Assembly (NCBI GenBank): GCA_958009085.1
Contig: OY253672.1
Location: 186,001-250,000, forward strand
Origin: Protoeuglena noctilucae
Taxonomy: Eukaryota
Length of the DNA stretch: 64,000 bases
Direction of reading: 5' to 3'
Shown: positions 1 to 12,611 of the stretch, one piece after another
Layout: each line of letters opens with the position of its first letter
Numbering within the stretch: the stretch's first letter is position 1
Translations under genes and position numbers: made by a program
Notes under the pieces: generated by a model
What the model was told of the DNA's origin: nothing
Databases searched by the model: none
What the model saw: only the letters and a program-made list of their open reading frames with translations

Positions 1-73
1 CGACATGCGCCTGTTGCCCCGTCCCTCACGTGTTCAGGTGTGACAAGCACCCCACTTGCCCCTTTCCCCGCAG

Positions 74-2916
74 TTCAAGCAGAAGCGCCTGACTGTGCAG
101 GGGGTCTTCAAGGCCTTCCGCGACATCGCCACCACGCAGGGGCAGGGGTCGCAGACGCGCAAGCAGGGCGCCATCGCCAAGCTGCTATCGGCCAGCCAGG
201 CGAGCACAGCGAGCGAAGAGAGGGTCCGCAGCTGCATGGCGGACTGGACCTGTGACGCGAATGCTGCAGTCTACCCTCCCTCCTCAATGCAGGGCAACGA
301 GGCGGGGTACATCATGCGGTCGCTGCAAGGCAAACTCCGGATCGGTCTGGCGGACCAGACGCTGCTGGCGGCGCTGGCCCACGCGGCCCTTCTGCACCAC
401 ATGGAGAAGCGGGGGGAGGCACTGCGGGGGGAGCAGCTGGCCGAGGTGGGCAGCGTGGCAGGGGTACGTGCGCAGACGTGTGACGGTGTGGCTGTGGACG
501 CCCTGCTCGCCTTCTCTACGCAGCGCATGGTCCGCGCCGAGGGCATTGTGAAGAAGGCCTACAGCGACCTCCCCAGCTTCGACCTGGTGGTGCCTCCGCT
601 GGCGGAGTACGGGCCCGACGCCCTCCCGGAGCACTGCACCTTCCGACCAGGCTTGCCGGGTGAGCGTGGGGGCAGAGCATCACTGGGCATGTTGACCGCC
701 GGGTGATGTATGGAACAGAGCGCCCCCCCTGGCCTCGCAACCTCATCCCACATCGCCCCTTCCATGCCCCCCCGCAGTCAAGCCCATGCTGGCCAAGGCC
801 ACGACGGCGGTGCAGGAGGTGCTGGACAAGTTCGAGGGGCGAGAGTTCACGTGCGAGTACAAGTACGACGGGGAGAGGGCGCAGGTGGGGTTATGGGATG
901 GATCGGATGGCAGGGGTGTCGCTGCCAGGGCTGGCACGCACATGCTTAGCACCCCGTCTGCCCCTTCTAACCCAGGTGCACGTGATGGATCACGGGCGCG
1001 CCGTCAAGATCTACTCCCGCAACCTCGAGGACATGACGGGCAAGTACCCGGACATCGTGGCGAGGGTGCCGCGGGCCCTGGCCGAGGGGACCGAGAGCGT
1101 CGTCCTGGACTGCGAGGCCGTGGCGTGGGACGCGGCGGCGGGGAAGATCCTGCCCTTCCAGGCGAGTGGGCGCGGAGTCGGGTCGTCTCACTTGTGTGTG
1201 GCAGACCCCGGTCTCAGGTCTGCCCTCTTGCTCATCACCACGTCGTCTCCCTCGGCAGGTGCTCTCCAAGCGCGCCCGCAAGGACGTGACGGTGGAGAGC
1301 ATCAAGGTGCAGGTCATCCTCTACGCCTTCGACTGCCTCTACCGCAACGGGGAGCCGCTCCTGGACCGACCACTCACGGAGGTGAGCCCAGGGCAGGGAC
1401 ATATGTTACAAATCAAACCGCTTCCTCCCCGCATGCCCTGCCGTCGCTGCACCTGCCACCCTGCCTGCCCTGCATGCCCTGCCAATGCCACACTCCCCCA
1501 CGCCCCACCCCGCAGCGCCGCGCCGCCCTGTACTCGTCCGTGCGCCCCGTCCCCGGGGAGGTGGCCTTCGCCGAGGCGCGCACCTCGAACGACCTGGAGG
1601 AGCTGACGCGCTTCCTGGACGACGCCGTGGTGGCATCCACGGAGGGCCTGATCGTCAAGACGCTGAGCGACCCCTACGAGCCCTCCAAGCGGTCGCTCAA
1701 CTGGCTTAAGCTCAAGAAGGACTACCTGAACACCGTGGGGGACACCATCGACGCCGTGCCCATCGGGTGAGAGAGTGGGGTTGCATGGCACGGTGGGGCA
1801 CGTGGCGTTGCATACACAGCTGCGGGCGCATGCTCCGCGTATGCGAGGTACAGACACTGGGACGCCTCGTGCTCCGCAGAGCGTGGTACGGCCGCGGCAA
1901 GCGCACGGGCGTGTACGGTTCCTTCCTGCTTGCCATCTACGACCCCGAGAGCGAAGAGTACCAGGCGAGGGAGCACATGCAGGCAGGGATGTTCAATGAC
2001 TGCATCTGTGATGAGCGATAGTGAGCGAATGATGGAGAGCATCGGCAGCAGCGGCAGCAGTTCCAGGGCAGGGGTGTGGGGAGACAGTGGGCGTGGAGAT
2101 GTGGCACGTGTGACACCCTGCCCCACCCACCACCCTGCAGACGCTCTGCAAGATCGGCACGGGGTTCTCGGAGCAGGATCTCGAGGCCTTCTCACAGCAG
2201 CTGCGGGACAAGGAGGTGAGGGGCGGGGGTTCCGAGCGATCGCGCGTGCCATCACCAGGGGCGTGGCAACGTGGACCTGACCATGTCATGATATGGCAGA
2301 GTGTCGTGTCATGGCAGAGGGAGTGCCAGTGCCGGGCAAGCGGGGGCGCCATCCAGATATGAGCGCCCAGGCGACAGGTTGCAAAAGCGGTGCCCTCTCC
2401 TCGCACACAGATCGACAAGCCCCGCCCCTACTACCGCTACGGCGAGACGCTGGTGCCCCAGGCGAGCCAGCCACGATCACCTCCTAGCCCAGTGCATGCT
2501 GCCCAGCTTGGCACGCACCTGCTCCGCATGAGCGTGCCTGGTGCATCTACGTCACTACCCTGCGTTGCACCCCCAGGTGTGGTTCGAGCCTCGCCTTGTG
2601 TGGGAGATCAAGGCCGCGGACCTGTCCCTGTCGCCCGTGCACTGCGCGGCCGTGGGCGTTGTGGACCCGACCCGCGGCGTGTCGGTGCGCTTCCCACGCC
2701 TGCTGCGCGTCAGGTGGGGGCGGGCGGGCATGTGCCGCAGCTGCTGCGGCATGCGTGCGTTTGGTTTGACAGCATATGTGCAACACGCGCCTCGACCCTC
2801 GCAGGGACGACAAGGGCCCCGAGGGGGCCACGACCCCGGAGCAGATCGCCGACATGTACCGGTCGCAGGCGGTGTACAGTAACGCGGGGGCCAAGGACAC
2901 CGGCGGGGGCGAATAG
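74..2916 (+). CDS. LIG1: DNA ligase I, 5' end outside window, multi-exon
   Basis: Spliced exons give RSLQGKLRIGLA, KPMLAK, EYKYDGERAQ (adenylation KxDG), IYSRN, DCEAV, EGLIVK, WLKLKKDY, CKIGTGFS, SVRFPR..RDDK. Stop TAG at 2914-2916. Confidence 0.97.
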
Positions 2917-3141
2917 CTGAGCGCGCAGAGATGCACGGCGTGCGTGGCATGGAGAGGGGAGTTGCACGCGTCGTGCATGGAAGCCTCGCTTGGCCGCCTC
3001 GCGTGTCGCATGCAGTCTAAGGGCACCATTGTTGTTCTGACCGTACTTCAAGCGGTGAGTGCTAAACGACGGCTCGTTCCTGAAAGGCACATCTTGGCAG
3101 AAGGCTGGAGTGAGGGCCACTATAGCTTGGCTGCTGCCGCG

Positions 3142-6100
3142 TCAACGACGTTTGTGAGCATGGTTGACAACGTTAACCAAGGAATGAACAATTCTTTTGA
3201 CCCCGAGGGTAAATCCGAGGACCAAGTACGTGACATTCATGACACGGGCAGCTGGCAAAATAACCTCAGTTAGCGCTAGCAAAAAAAATCTTTTCACCCC
3301 CCTCTTGCTGCTAATCTTGGTGCCCCGTACATGAACCTTCCCACCTTCCACGCGCCAAACTGCTTTGCTGTTAGAACACATCGCAACGCACCCACCATTC
3401 ATGTGAATAACACTGCCCTCGTCAAAACAGCACATGCCGCCATGCGCGCAGTCAGCGATCTGCACCTCGCGCAGCTCGGCGTGCCCGCCCTGTTGGCACG
3501 CAACCCCCTGCCTGCAGTCAGCGATGTGCACCTCTCGCAGCTCCGCCCCCCCCCCACGGTCACACGCCACCCCGTGCCCGTCCTTGCACCCCGTGATGCG
3601 CCCCCCCTGCACGACCGCCTGGGCGCCCCAGCCAGTGCAGCACACGCCGCTCAGCTTGCAGTCAGCCACCTCCACGCCATCGACCGTGACGTGCCCGTGG
3701 CCCTGGCACAGCACGCCGTGGCCCTCCATGGACCCCGAGATGCGCCCCCCCCGCACGACCACCTGGCTACCAGCCCCATGGCAGCGCACACAGCCCAGCT
3801 TGCAGTCGGCTATTGTTGTGCCCTCAACCTGCACCCTTCCTCTTTGAGAACATGCCACCCCATTTCCATCGCTGGATCCCGTGATGCGACCCCCATGCAT
3901 CGTCACGTGGCTACCCTGACCATAGCTGTACACGCCACTCTGCTTGCAGGCGACAACCTCCACATCCCGCAGCTTGGCGCACCCGCCCTGCTGGCATGCT
4001 ATGCCATGGCCCACCTTGGACCCCACGACGCGTGCTCTCTGGACGACTACCATACTTCCCGTGCCAGAGATAAACACGCCACACAGGTTGCAGTCAGCGA
4101 TCTCCACATCCCGCACTTCCGCCTGCCCACCATCCTGGCAAACCAACCCATCAGATGCCCTGGATCCTGCAATGCGCCCCCCCTGCACATCTACCCGACT
4201 CCCATGCCCCGTGCACATGACCCCCGTCTTAGGAGCGTCCTCCAAGCGCACGTGAACGAGTGCAGCATTGCCACCGCCGCCGCACCGCACGCCTGTGCCT
4301 ATCACCGTCATGCCCTCCAGCCGCAGCTCCGCACCCTGCTGCACTTGCAGGCCGTAGCCTGTGCCTAGCGGAGTGTCGGCAGCCCGCAGAGTGCCGTTGC
4401 GCACCGTTGTCACGACCCTATTCCCCACCACGATCTCCGCCGTCAGGCCCAGCTCGTCACCACCCAGGTCAATGCTGCCCCCCCTCTCCATCGCCTCCGC
4501 AAGCTCCTCCGCTGTCGACACAAGAGCTATCCCTTCCTGCAGAGCCAATCGCTGTCTGGTGATGCTCGCCTCCACATCCGCCCACTGCAGCCTCGCCTCC
4601 CGGATGGCAAACAGCCCCTCCGCCGCCTCCCACACCGCCCTCCGAAGCTCATCTGGCACCTTGCGTACCAGGTATGCCAACGCTTTCCGCCTATGCAAGG
4701 CTCTCTCTTGCTCCCGGAACATTGCCTCTGTTCCAAACAGGTCCGGCCGCCGCGGATTGCGCGTGCAGTGCGCCACATGATGATGCGCGTCCTCCCCGCA
4801 TTCCCCCAGGCACCACCTACACATAAACGCCCCGCAACCCCCTTCCGCCCTCGTGCAAGTCAGGGCCATGCACGCCTGGAAGTCCCCCACCATCGCCGCC
4901 CGCTTGCACCTCGGGCACCGAATCACGTTCAGCTCCTCCTGCAGCAGCTTGCAGTGCGCAGCCACCGCCTCCGGCCCTCCTGCTGCCTCCAGCTCCACGA
5001 TGCGGCTCCTCAGCTCCTCCAGCTCCCTCGCCCTCTCCGCCTGCTCGGCCTCTGCCGCATGCCGCCGGCTGGCATCCAGGAAGCCCCGCCGGTCCTCGTC
5101 CCCGGGAAGCTTAGCCATTACCGCTGCAGCTGAGAAGGCCCCCATGCACTCCAGCCCCGTGCAGTCCCTGCACCTAAGATCCCCCGCTGGGGTCGAGGCC
5201 GCCCGGCTCTCCGCCAGCGTCCCGACCTTGAGCGCCAGGCAATCGCTGCACACGTGGTGGGCGGCGCCTCCACTGCATGCCACAGCAACGCGAGACTCGA
5301 CCCGCTCCATGCATACACGACAGTCCTGGAGCCTGCGGGAGAATGCGAGGCCAAGCCATGCAGACACAAGCCCGGTGCACAGAGCAAGAAGGTCTCCCGC
5401 CCGCCTGGAAGCGCAATGCTCAAAACCAATTGCTATGAATGCATGCCCCTGCAGCGTCTAGGGAAAAAAATTCATCTCGCCAGCCTAGTCTAGCGAGCAA
5501 GCCCTCGCATACACCCCCGCCTCACCCGGACTCCCTCGCGGCCCTGAGCATGGCAGCCACGCCCGGCCGCTCCTCCGGCTGCTCCCTCAGCGCCCCCTGC
5601 AGCGCCGACCGCAGCGGCTCCGGCACCGACTCGGGCACCGTGGGGAAGCGCTGAAGGCCCACCACGTCCCTGTCGACCTCCCCATCGCCCTGGTCGCCGT
5701 GGGGCAGCTGCCCCGATGCCACGCAGCACAGCGTCGCTGCCACCGCGTACGCATCCGAGGCGGCTGTGATGCGCCCATTCCGCCACTCCGGCGGCATGAA
5801 GTCCTCACTGCTCATACCTGTCACCGTGGATCTGCCATAGCTCGGGCCGGCTCGGGGCATCGACTGCGGTGGGCGAGACCACCGGGGGCGGTGAGACCAT
5901 GCGGTGTGCGACGACTGCATTCAGTGACTGCATCCAAGATACCGCCGACCATGAAGCGACCCCGGCAAAGCACATCCGCCTCCGCGTCTGGCCGCCTCAC
6001 CCATGGCAAGCTCCCTATCGCATTCCCGACCACCGACGCCAGCCCGTAGTCCGCCAGCATCACGATGCCCCGCTCGTCGACCAGGGCGTTCCCCGGCGTG

Positions 6101-6736
6101 ACCTTCCCGTGCACGACTCCGCGGTCATGCAGGTCGCGCAGACCCTCCAGCAGCTGCACCGCCACGTCCACGACCTCCTGCGGCGGCAGCCCTGCCCGTC
6201 GCTCCTTGATGCGGTCCGCCAGGGACCCTCCCTCGATCCATGGCATGACGGCGAGGATCTCGGAGTCCTTCACCGCAAAGCCCAGCAGCCTGCGGCCAGG
6301 GGCGTGCCGATGGGGCCGTAGGTGTGGGCAGCACCCAGGAGCTGGGCGGGCGCAGTGGGTGCAGAGCTGAGTCAGCAGTCGGCGCCCATACTCCAGACGC
6401 TGCGCGTGTGGCTAGCACTCGGTGCGCCCAATCGACATGCCCAGCCACGCCGCTCCAGCCCACCCATTTAGCAGCAAGACCCAGCTAGCCTCACGGGCAC
6501 ACGTGGCGGCTGCCGACGGACGCGACCGCCATGCGCTGCAGCTCCTCCACGCGGCGGGCCATGACCTCGCGATACCTCTCCCAATCCGCGCCACTCATGT
6601 CCGTTGCCACGCATTTGATGGCCACATCGCGGCCTCGGGACACCCACTTGCCCCGGACCACTCCGCCGTCGCCGAGGGGCTCTCCCAGCTCCAGGTCCTC
6701 CACGGGAATGACAAAGCTCTCCATGACCGTCTCCAT
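3142..6736 (-). CDS. Pseudokinase + RING + Rcat-like zinc fingers + right-handed beta-helix repeats (fusion protein)
   Basis: Kinase exons (LGDGG, VAIK, HGKVTPGN, LADYG, FMPPE, SDAYA) join the 2.2 kb last exon by a phase-compatible intron GG|gtgag (~5525) ... ctcccgcag|G CTC CAG (~5333). Last exon: CRVC..HHVCSDC..CRDC, then CPRC..DFQACMALTC..C..FMCRWC..HHHVAHC, then ~48-aa Gly/Cys beta-helix repeats. Start approximate. Confidence 0.75.
3440..4330 (-). repeat. Coding tandem repeat, ~144-nt (48-aa) period, beta-helix coils
   Basis: A tgcagtcagc-like word recurs at ~3513, 3657, 3801, 3945 and 4089 (144-nt spacing). Protein unit ~IADCKLxGVxCxGxGSxVxVxGGRIxGSxxGHGVxCxxGGxAELRxV. Confidence 0.85.
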
Positions 6737-8196
6737 GATCGTCCCGCTGGGGCAGCCCGCGCCCGACACGGCTGCAGGAAGGGGCGGCGCGTTTCGTGAG
6801 GTGACGCCATCGTCTCGCTGGCTGGAGGACGACGACGCGGGACCGATACGCATGCCAGACGCGTGACACATTATCAGTTAAGCTCGCGGCTTGGTTCCGC
6901 TACGCCTCGTGAGCCCAGGCGCTCCCGCGGGGCAGGAGCGTTCGCGCAAATCGGGTCAAGAACCAAGCCGCACCCGCGGGCCGACCGTGAGCAACGCGCG
7001 TGCGTTTGGAGACAGCCGCATATCCGCACTCGCAGCAACCACCCGCGCCGGCGCTGGATGGGCCGTTGAGCGCGGGGAGACGTGACTCGCAAGTCACATC
7101 GTCCAAGCACAGAGAGCGCAGCGGGCACGCGGGGGCGTCCGCAGGGCGACGCATTCCACTCGGGCGATACGGGGAAAGGCAAATGCGCGATCGCCCACCT
7201 GAAGGCTCGGCGGGCGCGTCAGAGGAGTGCCTCGCTCCCCTTGCCGGAGTTCCCGATGGTGCGGGTCCCTTCTCTTGCGGAGAGACGCAACCAGGTGACT
7301 CCGACTGAGTTGCGCACCAATGCCACTCTGCGCGCGACGGAGAGGCGCAATTACCAGCGCCGTTTCGCGGTGGGGACCGGACGAGGCGCGAACAGTCATC
7401 CCAGGCCTGGCGTCACTTCCGCGGGGCGCGCCGCCTCCGCCATGTCCCAGCATGCGGCGCCATGATCACCACATACATCCATGCAGAGGACGTGGCCCGC
7501 GGGGACCCCGCGGCAGCGGCAAGCTGCAACCATCTCACCCACTGCAACGCGACGTGACCGGTGGCGGGCGAGCCTTTAGCACCGCGGGCAGCTGAGCAAG
7601 CAATTCAGGCTAATCGCAACTCACTTGCTGCCTCGATACCGTGCCTTGGGGGGCGGACGTGCCACGAGAGCTCCGGTATCCAAGCCCAGGCACAGGAGAC
7701 GAGTTTCCGGCGCGCGGGCGAACACTGCTCGATGACTGCAGCACACGCATTTCATGGCGGGAGCGTGGATGCCAGACGTCTACTCACAGGGCCACACAGG
7801 CCTGACACCGACGCGTCAGAGGCTAGGTCTCCCCCCGAAGGTGGGCCCGTCACTGCTCCACCAATATGCTCGGTCACGTCGAGCAGGTCGTGACAGGTGC
7901 AGCTGTCGCGGACGCGCTGACTGCCCCTTCGGTCGGCCAACGCAAGGAGCGCTCGTGTCTCAGGCCTCGCCGCGCATCTGGGCGTCGCCCTTGCCCACGT
8001 GTCCTGCGGCGCCCCCCTCTGGCTTGCCCGCCTCTGCAGGAGGCATGGCGTCCAGGGCCGCCCGCGCTCTGCTGCTGGCCAGGGAGCCCCTGCGAGCCCT
8101 CACGAGGCATACGAGGCTCAGACAATCGGCTGATACATAATACCGGTATACCGCTGGTATACCGCAAGTCCTCCTGGCTCCCGCCTCTTCCCGCCC

Positions 8197-8726
8197 TCAC
8201 CGGGGGAGGAGGAAGTAGAACTCCCGGTCCCCAACCCTAACGAGGCTCTGACTCCGCAGCGGCACCGTGACCTCGGGCGGCACCGCCCGGTCGTCCACCC
8301 GCACGTCGCCTCCTGGCCCTCCCCTCAGCACGAACAGCTCTCGATCCATGTCATACTCGATGCGGGGACCCCCCACCCGGGGCACGGTGTCGCTGCGGTA
8401 CGAGGTGCAGCGGCATTGGCAGCTGCGTGAAGATTTGCCGCCAAGTCGACGCACGACGGCCCCCGCACCTGTCCAGCAGCACGTCCGGAAGCGACGGTTC
8501 TTCTGACTCCAATTGCGCGTGCCCGCCTTCCTGCCTGCCAGCGATGGTCACGCAGGGCTTCTGCAAGCGAACTGCTCACTCGCGTGGCGGAAGCACGCGA
8601 GGCGAGGGTCAGAAACACAGGCATGACATTCCGCAGATGCACCTGGACAATGTAGTGAACATGGGGCCCCTTGAGAAGCGCGAAACCCACACACGAAGGG
8701 GGTGCTTGGGCATTCAGCTGCGCCAT
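8197..8726 (-). CDS. FHA-domain protein, plant FHA2-like (3' extent uncertain)
   Basis: GFALLKGPHVHYIVQ / CVTIAGR / RIEYDMDRELFVL..VPLRSQSLVRVGDREFYFLLP matches the FHA2 pattern GFAKLQG..IGDKEFYFLLP. A gtgag donor at ~8200 suggests further exons. Confidence 0.7.
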
Positions 8727-8913
8727 CGATCGCTGTCGTCCACGCTATGGGGGCGCGGGAGCTTCAGCAATCTAATCTCGTTTCGCGGAATGCCACGGAT
8801 GCCTGGCGAGGCCCGCCAGGTGCCCCGTGTCTGGCGAGGGAGTCAGGCCGCCGCAGCCATGCGCAACTTCGCAGACACCGTCGCGTCCCATTTCACCAAG
8901 CTAAGCCCAAGCC

Positions 8914-11900
8914 CTATCCTTCCAGCATGGTCAACGCCGCCCGCAGCATGGCCCTGTCCGTTTGGGACTCCTCCCCACCGCTCGCGTGCGCCCGCATGGC
9001 CCGGGCCAGGTCGCCCCTCTGCCCCTCGTCCACGTCAGCCAGCAGCGCCGCCAGGGCCTCCTCCCCCCGCACCTCAGCCAGGAAGGCCCGGAGCATCGAC
9101 CCCCAGAAGCGGGCGACGGGCGCGGGGCAGGCAGGGTCCACGGCCTGAGCCAGGTCGGCGTGGCGGAGGCGGCGCATGGGCACCACTCGGTGCGCCTGCG
9201 AAGGAGGCAACGAGTGTTGGGGACTCGCGGCCACCGTGTCACGCTCCACGGGTCACGCGCGGCGGGAAGGCAGCAGGTGCCGTGGCTTGGCGGTGCTCTC
9301 ACCAAGAGGTAGGCCACGCTGTGCGCCAGGTTGCTGGCCTCGAGCGGCCCGAGGCGCTCCGCCTGCTTGATCATGTCCAGCGTCGTGAAGCCCGCCTGCT
9401 TGCCGATGCGGCGGTCCAGGGTCGCGACGCGCTGCAGGGCGAGGACGTAGAACTGCGGGGCAGCCAGGGGGGCATGGAGTGGACGGCTGGGTGCGGAGTG
9501 GAGGAGCGCGACGCGAGAGGCGGTGGGCAGCCCGCAGCCACTGGGCCTCGCCTTGTTCCAGCCCCTCTCCCGCATGGACAGCTCGAACGCCACCCGCGCC
9601 ACCTCGAAATGCTGCGCCTTCTTCAGAGGCAGCCTCAGCACCCTGTCCGCCGCGTCGACGTAGTCGCTGGCGCCCATCAGCGCCTCAAACACCTGCCGCT
9701 TCACTCCCGAGCCCATGCGCAGCGCACGGGCCAGGTCCTGTGGAGCAAACGCAGGGCACGTGGTGTAACGGCAAGCACACGCGTGGGCGGGGAGCCAGCC
9801 ATGGGTCAGCGATCGAGTCTTCGTCTAGCGCTGCTCTGCCCTGGCCACACCTGCAGCTTCCGTGGATCCGCCCCCGCCACGTCATCCCCCTCCGGCACAC
9901 CGAGGCTCTCCTCGGACACGGACGGAGACGGGGCCACCCCTGCGTCAGAAACGACGCAGGGTTAGTACCCCGGCGGGTGTGCAGCAGTTGCCACGAGAGG
10001 GCCAGGTCACTGCCACGATACTCGCCTTCGCCTTCGCCGCCCTGCTCGCCCCCCCCTGCCGTGCCGTCTTCGCCCCACCCCGCGAACCCCACCACGCGCA
10101 CCCCTGACACCCCCACCCCCCCCAGCCACGTCAGCATGTCCGGGGGCACGACCGGCCGCGTCACCCGCGCCCCCTTGGCCAGCCCCCCCTTCGCCTTGCC
10201 CCCCGGCCCCTTGCCCCCCTCCCCCGCGTTGTTCTTCATGTCGTACACGGCCTCGAGCATCAGCCGCGCCCGCGTGGACAGCTCGCCCCCCCTCCTCGCC
10301 CGCTCCTCGTGCACCCGCAGCACCAGGTCCTTGACCCCCGCGGGGTCCTCGGCGCGGGCCACGTGGCCGCACGCACGCACCAGCAGGAGCATGAGAGAGA
10401 CGGCCGCCTCGCCCAGGTCACGGGACTGGGGGGAAGGGAGGGAGGCATGCGAGTGGGACGGGGCAACGGAGGTGAGTGGCGAGGGACGGGCCACGTGGCT
10501 GGTCACAGACGGGGCTTCGCATGCTCACCAAGTGCAGGAGCAGCCCGAGGACCACGTCACCACCAATGGCGCCCACGAGACACAGGTACGCCACCAGCAG
10601 CCCCAGGTTGCCGCAACAGTCCTCGTCCCCAGCGCCAATCGCCTGCAGCAAGGGCACGGATGGTGGGGTGAGCACGTGATGGCAAAGCTGGGCAGTCAAG
10701 CAGGCATGCAATCTGCACCGGCTCACTTTAATCAGCCGTGCTGCCACTTGGCCCAGGAAAGCCGACAGGAGCCCCGGGTCCCCCCGCATCGCTGCCACTG
10801 CCGCCACCAGCCCCGCCGCCGCACAGGCGAACTGGTCCGACGCCTTGGGCCCCTCCGCCACGGCCGACACGAGCTCACGCGACACGAGGGCCAGGGGATC
10901 CGGCGACTTGGCGGAAGTGGATACCAGGGTCTGCAGGCGAGGGTATGGCAGGGTTCAACGAGTGTGTTGCAGTATTGCCGTGACCAGGACAACCGCAGTA
11001 CACCGCAGCCATGCCACAGACAGACACCGCGTGTGGCCCTCACCAGGACCTCCTCAGCGATGCCCTTGACGTTCACGACGCTCAGCTTATTGCACAGGCC
11101 CCGCACACGGCGCTCCAGGTCGCCCACCCGGCCCGCCCCCGCCCCCCGCTGCGCCGGTGGGACGTACCGCCCCTCCCGCGAGGGCCCCGCCTCTCCACCC
11201 CTCGCGGCCCGCCCCTCCTCTCCTTCGCTGTCCGAGCTCTCTTCATCACTCCCATCCCCGTCCATGGACAGTGACCCACTCCCCATCTCGTCCTCGTCGT
11301 TGCTTGCGTCCCCGCTCGTCCCCTCGCTGGCGCCATCGGCAGCGCCCTCGCTACCCCCGTCACTCTCGGACCCCTCTCCTCCCTCACCAAAGATGTCCAG
11401 CGAGCCGTCGTCCTCGTCGCTGCCACCCAGCTGCGGCAGCCAGAGAAACCGCAGCGTGTGCCCCGAGAGTGGAAGGATGCACCTCACTCCACGCGCGCAC
11501 CCCGCCACCGTCACTCTCACCTCCCTGTCCACCTCCCTCTGCATCGCCGAGCGCTTCCCTCCCAGCCCCAACTGCGCCAACACGTCCTCCTCCTCCTCCT
11601 CCCTCTCCTTGCGCCGCGACTTGGGCCCCGACCCTCCCAGCTTCCGTGCCAACTCCGCCTCCGCGGCGTCGTCCTCCTCCGCCGTCGTCCCCAGGCCCAG
11701 ACGCGCGTCCAGGTCCGCGAGCGTCAATTGACGCTTGGATGGCTTCTGAGTCTGGGCCGGGTCCCGCCTGGCCGCGGCCGGGTCGCGAGCGGTGACGCCC
11801 CCGTTTTGCGACGCGGGTCTCACCGCCCCGCCCCTGCCCGCACCGCCCCGCGCGGCAGCGTCCTGTGATGCGCGTCGCCGCTTCTCTTTCGCCACCTCCT

Positions 11901-12384
11901 CCGGCGTGGGGCCCCGCCTTCGCTTCAGCCGCCGCCGCTCCTTGCGGTCCTGCAGCCCCCGCAAGGCGGCGTCCCTCCCCGCGTGGGCGAGCTTCACCTC
12001 GTCGCCCACCTGCGCGAGGAGGCGCACAAGTGGAGCATGACTGTGGTGCCGCGAAAGCGCGGGCGGGGGGCTCGCAGGGGCTGCCGCGGGGGCCACAGCG
12101 GTTGCGTGCAGCGACGGGCTCGCGCCGGTCCCAGGAAGAGAGCCACGCGCTCTTCCGCCACGAACAGTTGCATGCACAATCGAAGAGCTTGCCGTGATGG
12201 CTATCGCGCATGTAACGTGCCCAAAGCGGGCGCAGGACGCGAGCACAGCACGTACGCTTGCCTCAGCCTCCCCCGCCTCCGCGTCGCCCTGTTCCCGATC
12301 GCGCAGCTCATTCGGGAGGACGGGTCCTCGATAGCGCCCTCTCCCGCGCCCGTGGGACCTGCCGCCGCGGCCAGAGCCCCGCAT
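8914..12384 (-). CDS. NOM1: Nucleolar MIF4G/MA3 domain protein (NOM1/Sgd1)
   Basis: Basic and acidic N-terminus, GRYVPPAQR, RVRGLCNKLSVVN, RARLMLEAVYDMKNN, and MA3 segment VKRQVFEALMGASDYVDAADRVLRL. Confidence 0.88.
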
Positions 12385-12611
12385 CTTGGGCCGGGGAGGC
12401 AGGATTTCGCACTCCCTCAGAACTCCCACTTGATGGCCGTGGTGGGGCGAGATGCAACGAATTGCCGCCTCTTTCGCCTACACATGCATACTCGTGCCGT
12501 CGTCTGTCACCGGCTCGCCAGTGATGCGCCATTCAACTGAGCTGCAAGAGCAGCTGCGGCGCGCGGGACATCTACACTCTCTCATGCGCATGGCCACGCC
12601 ATGCCGGTGCG

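Noticed and set aside
3440..4330. CRISPR-like or satellite array
   Set aside because: Repeats are degenerate, in frame and protein-coding. No identical repeats with spacers and no cas genes.
5522..6736. Kinase as a separate gene or pseudogene
   Set aside because: Frame changes match normal introns, and the apparent stop lies within a phase-compatible donor site.
6870..8190. Gene, RNA gene or mobile element in the gap between the kinase and FHA genes (likewise 31950-32990 and 59100-59720)
   Set aside because: No recognisable protein motif, tRNA structure, terminal repeats or transposase. It may hold UTRs or further FHA exons.
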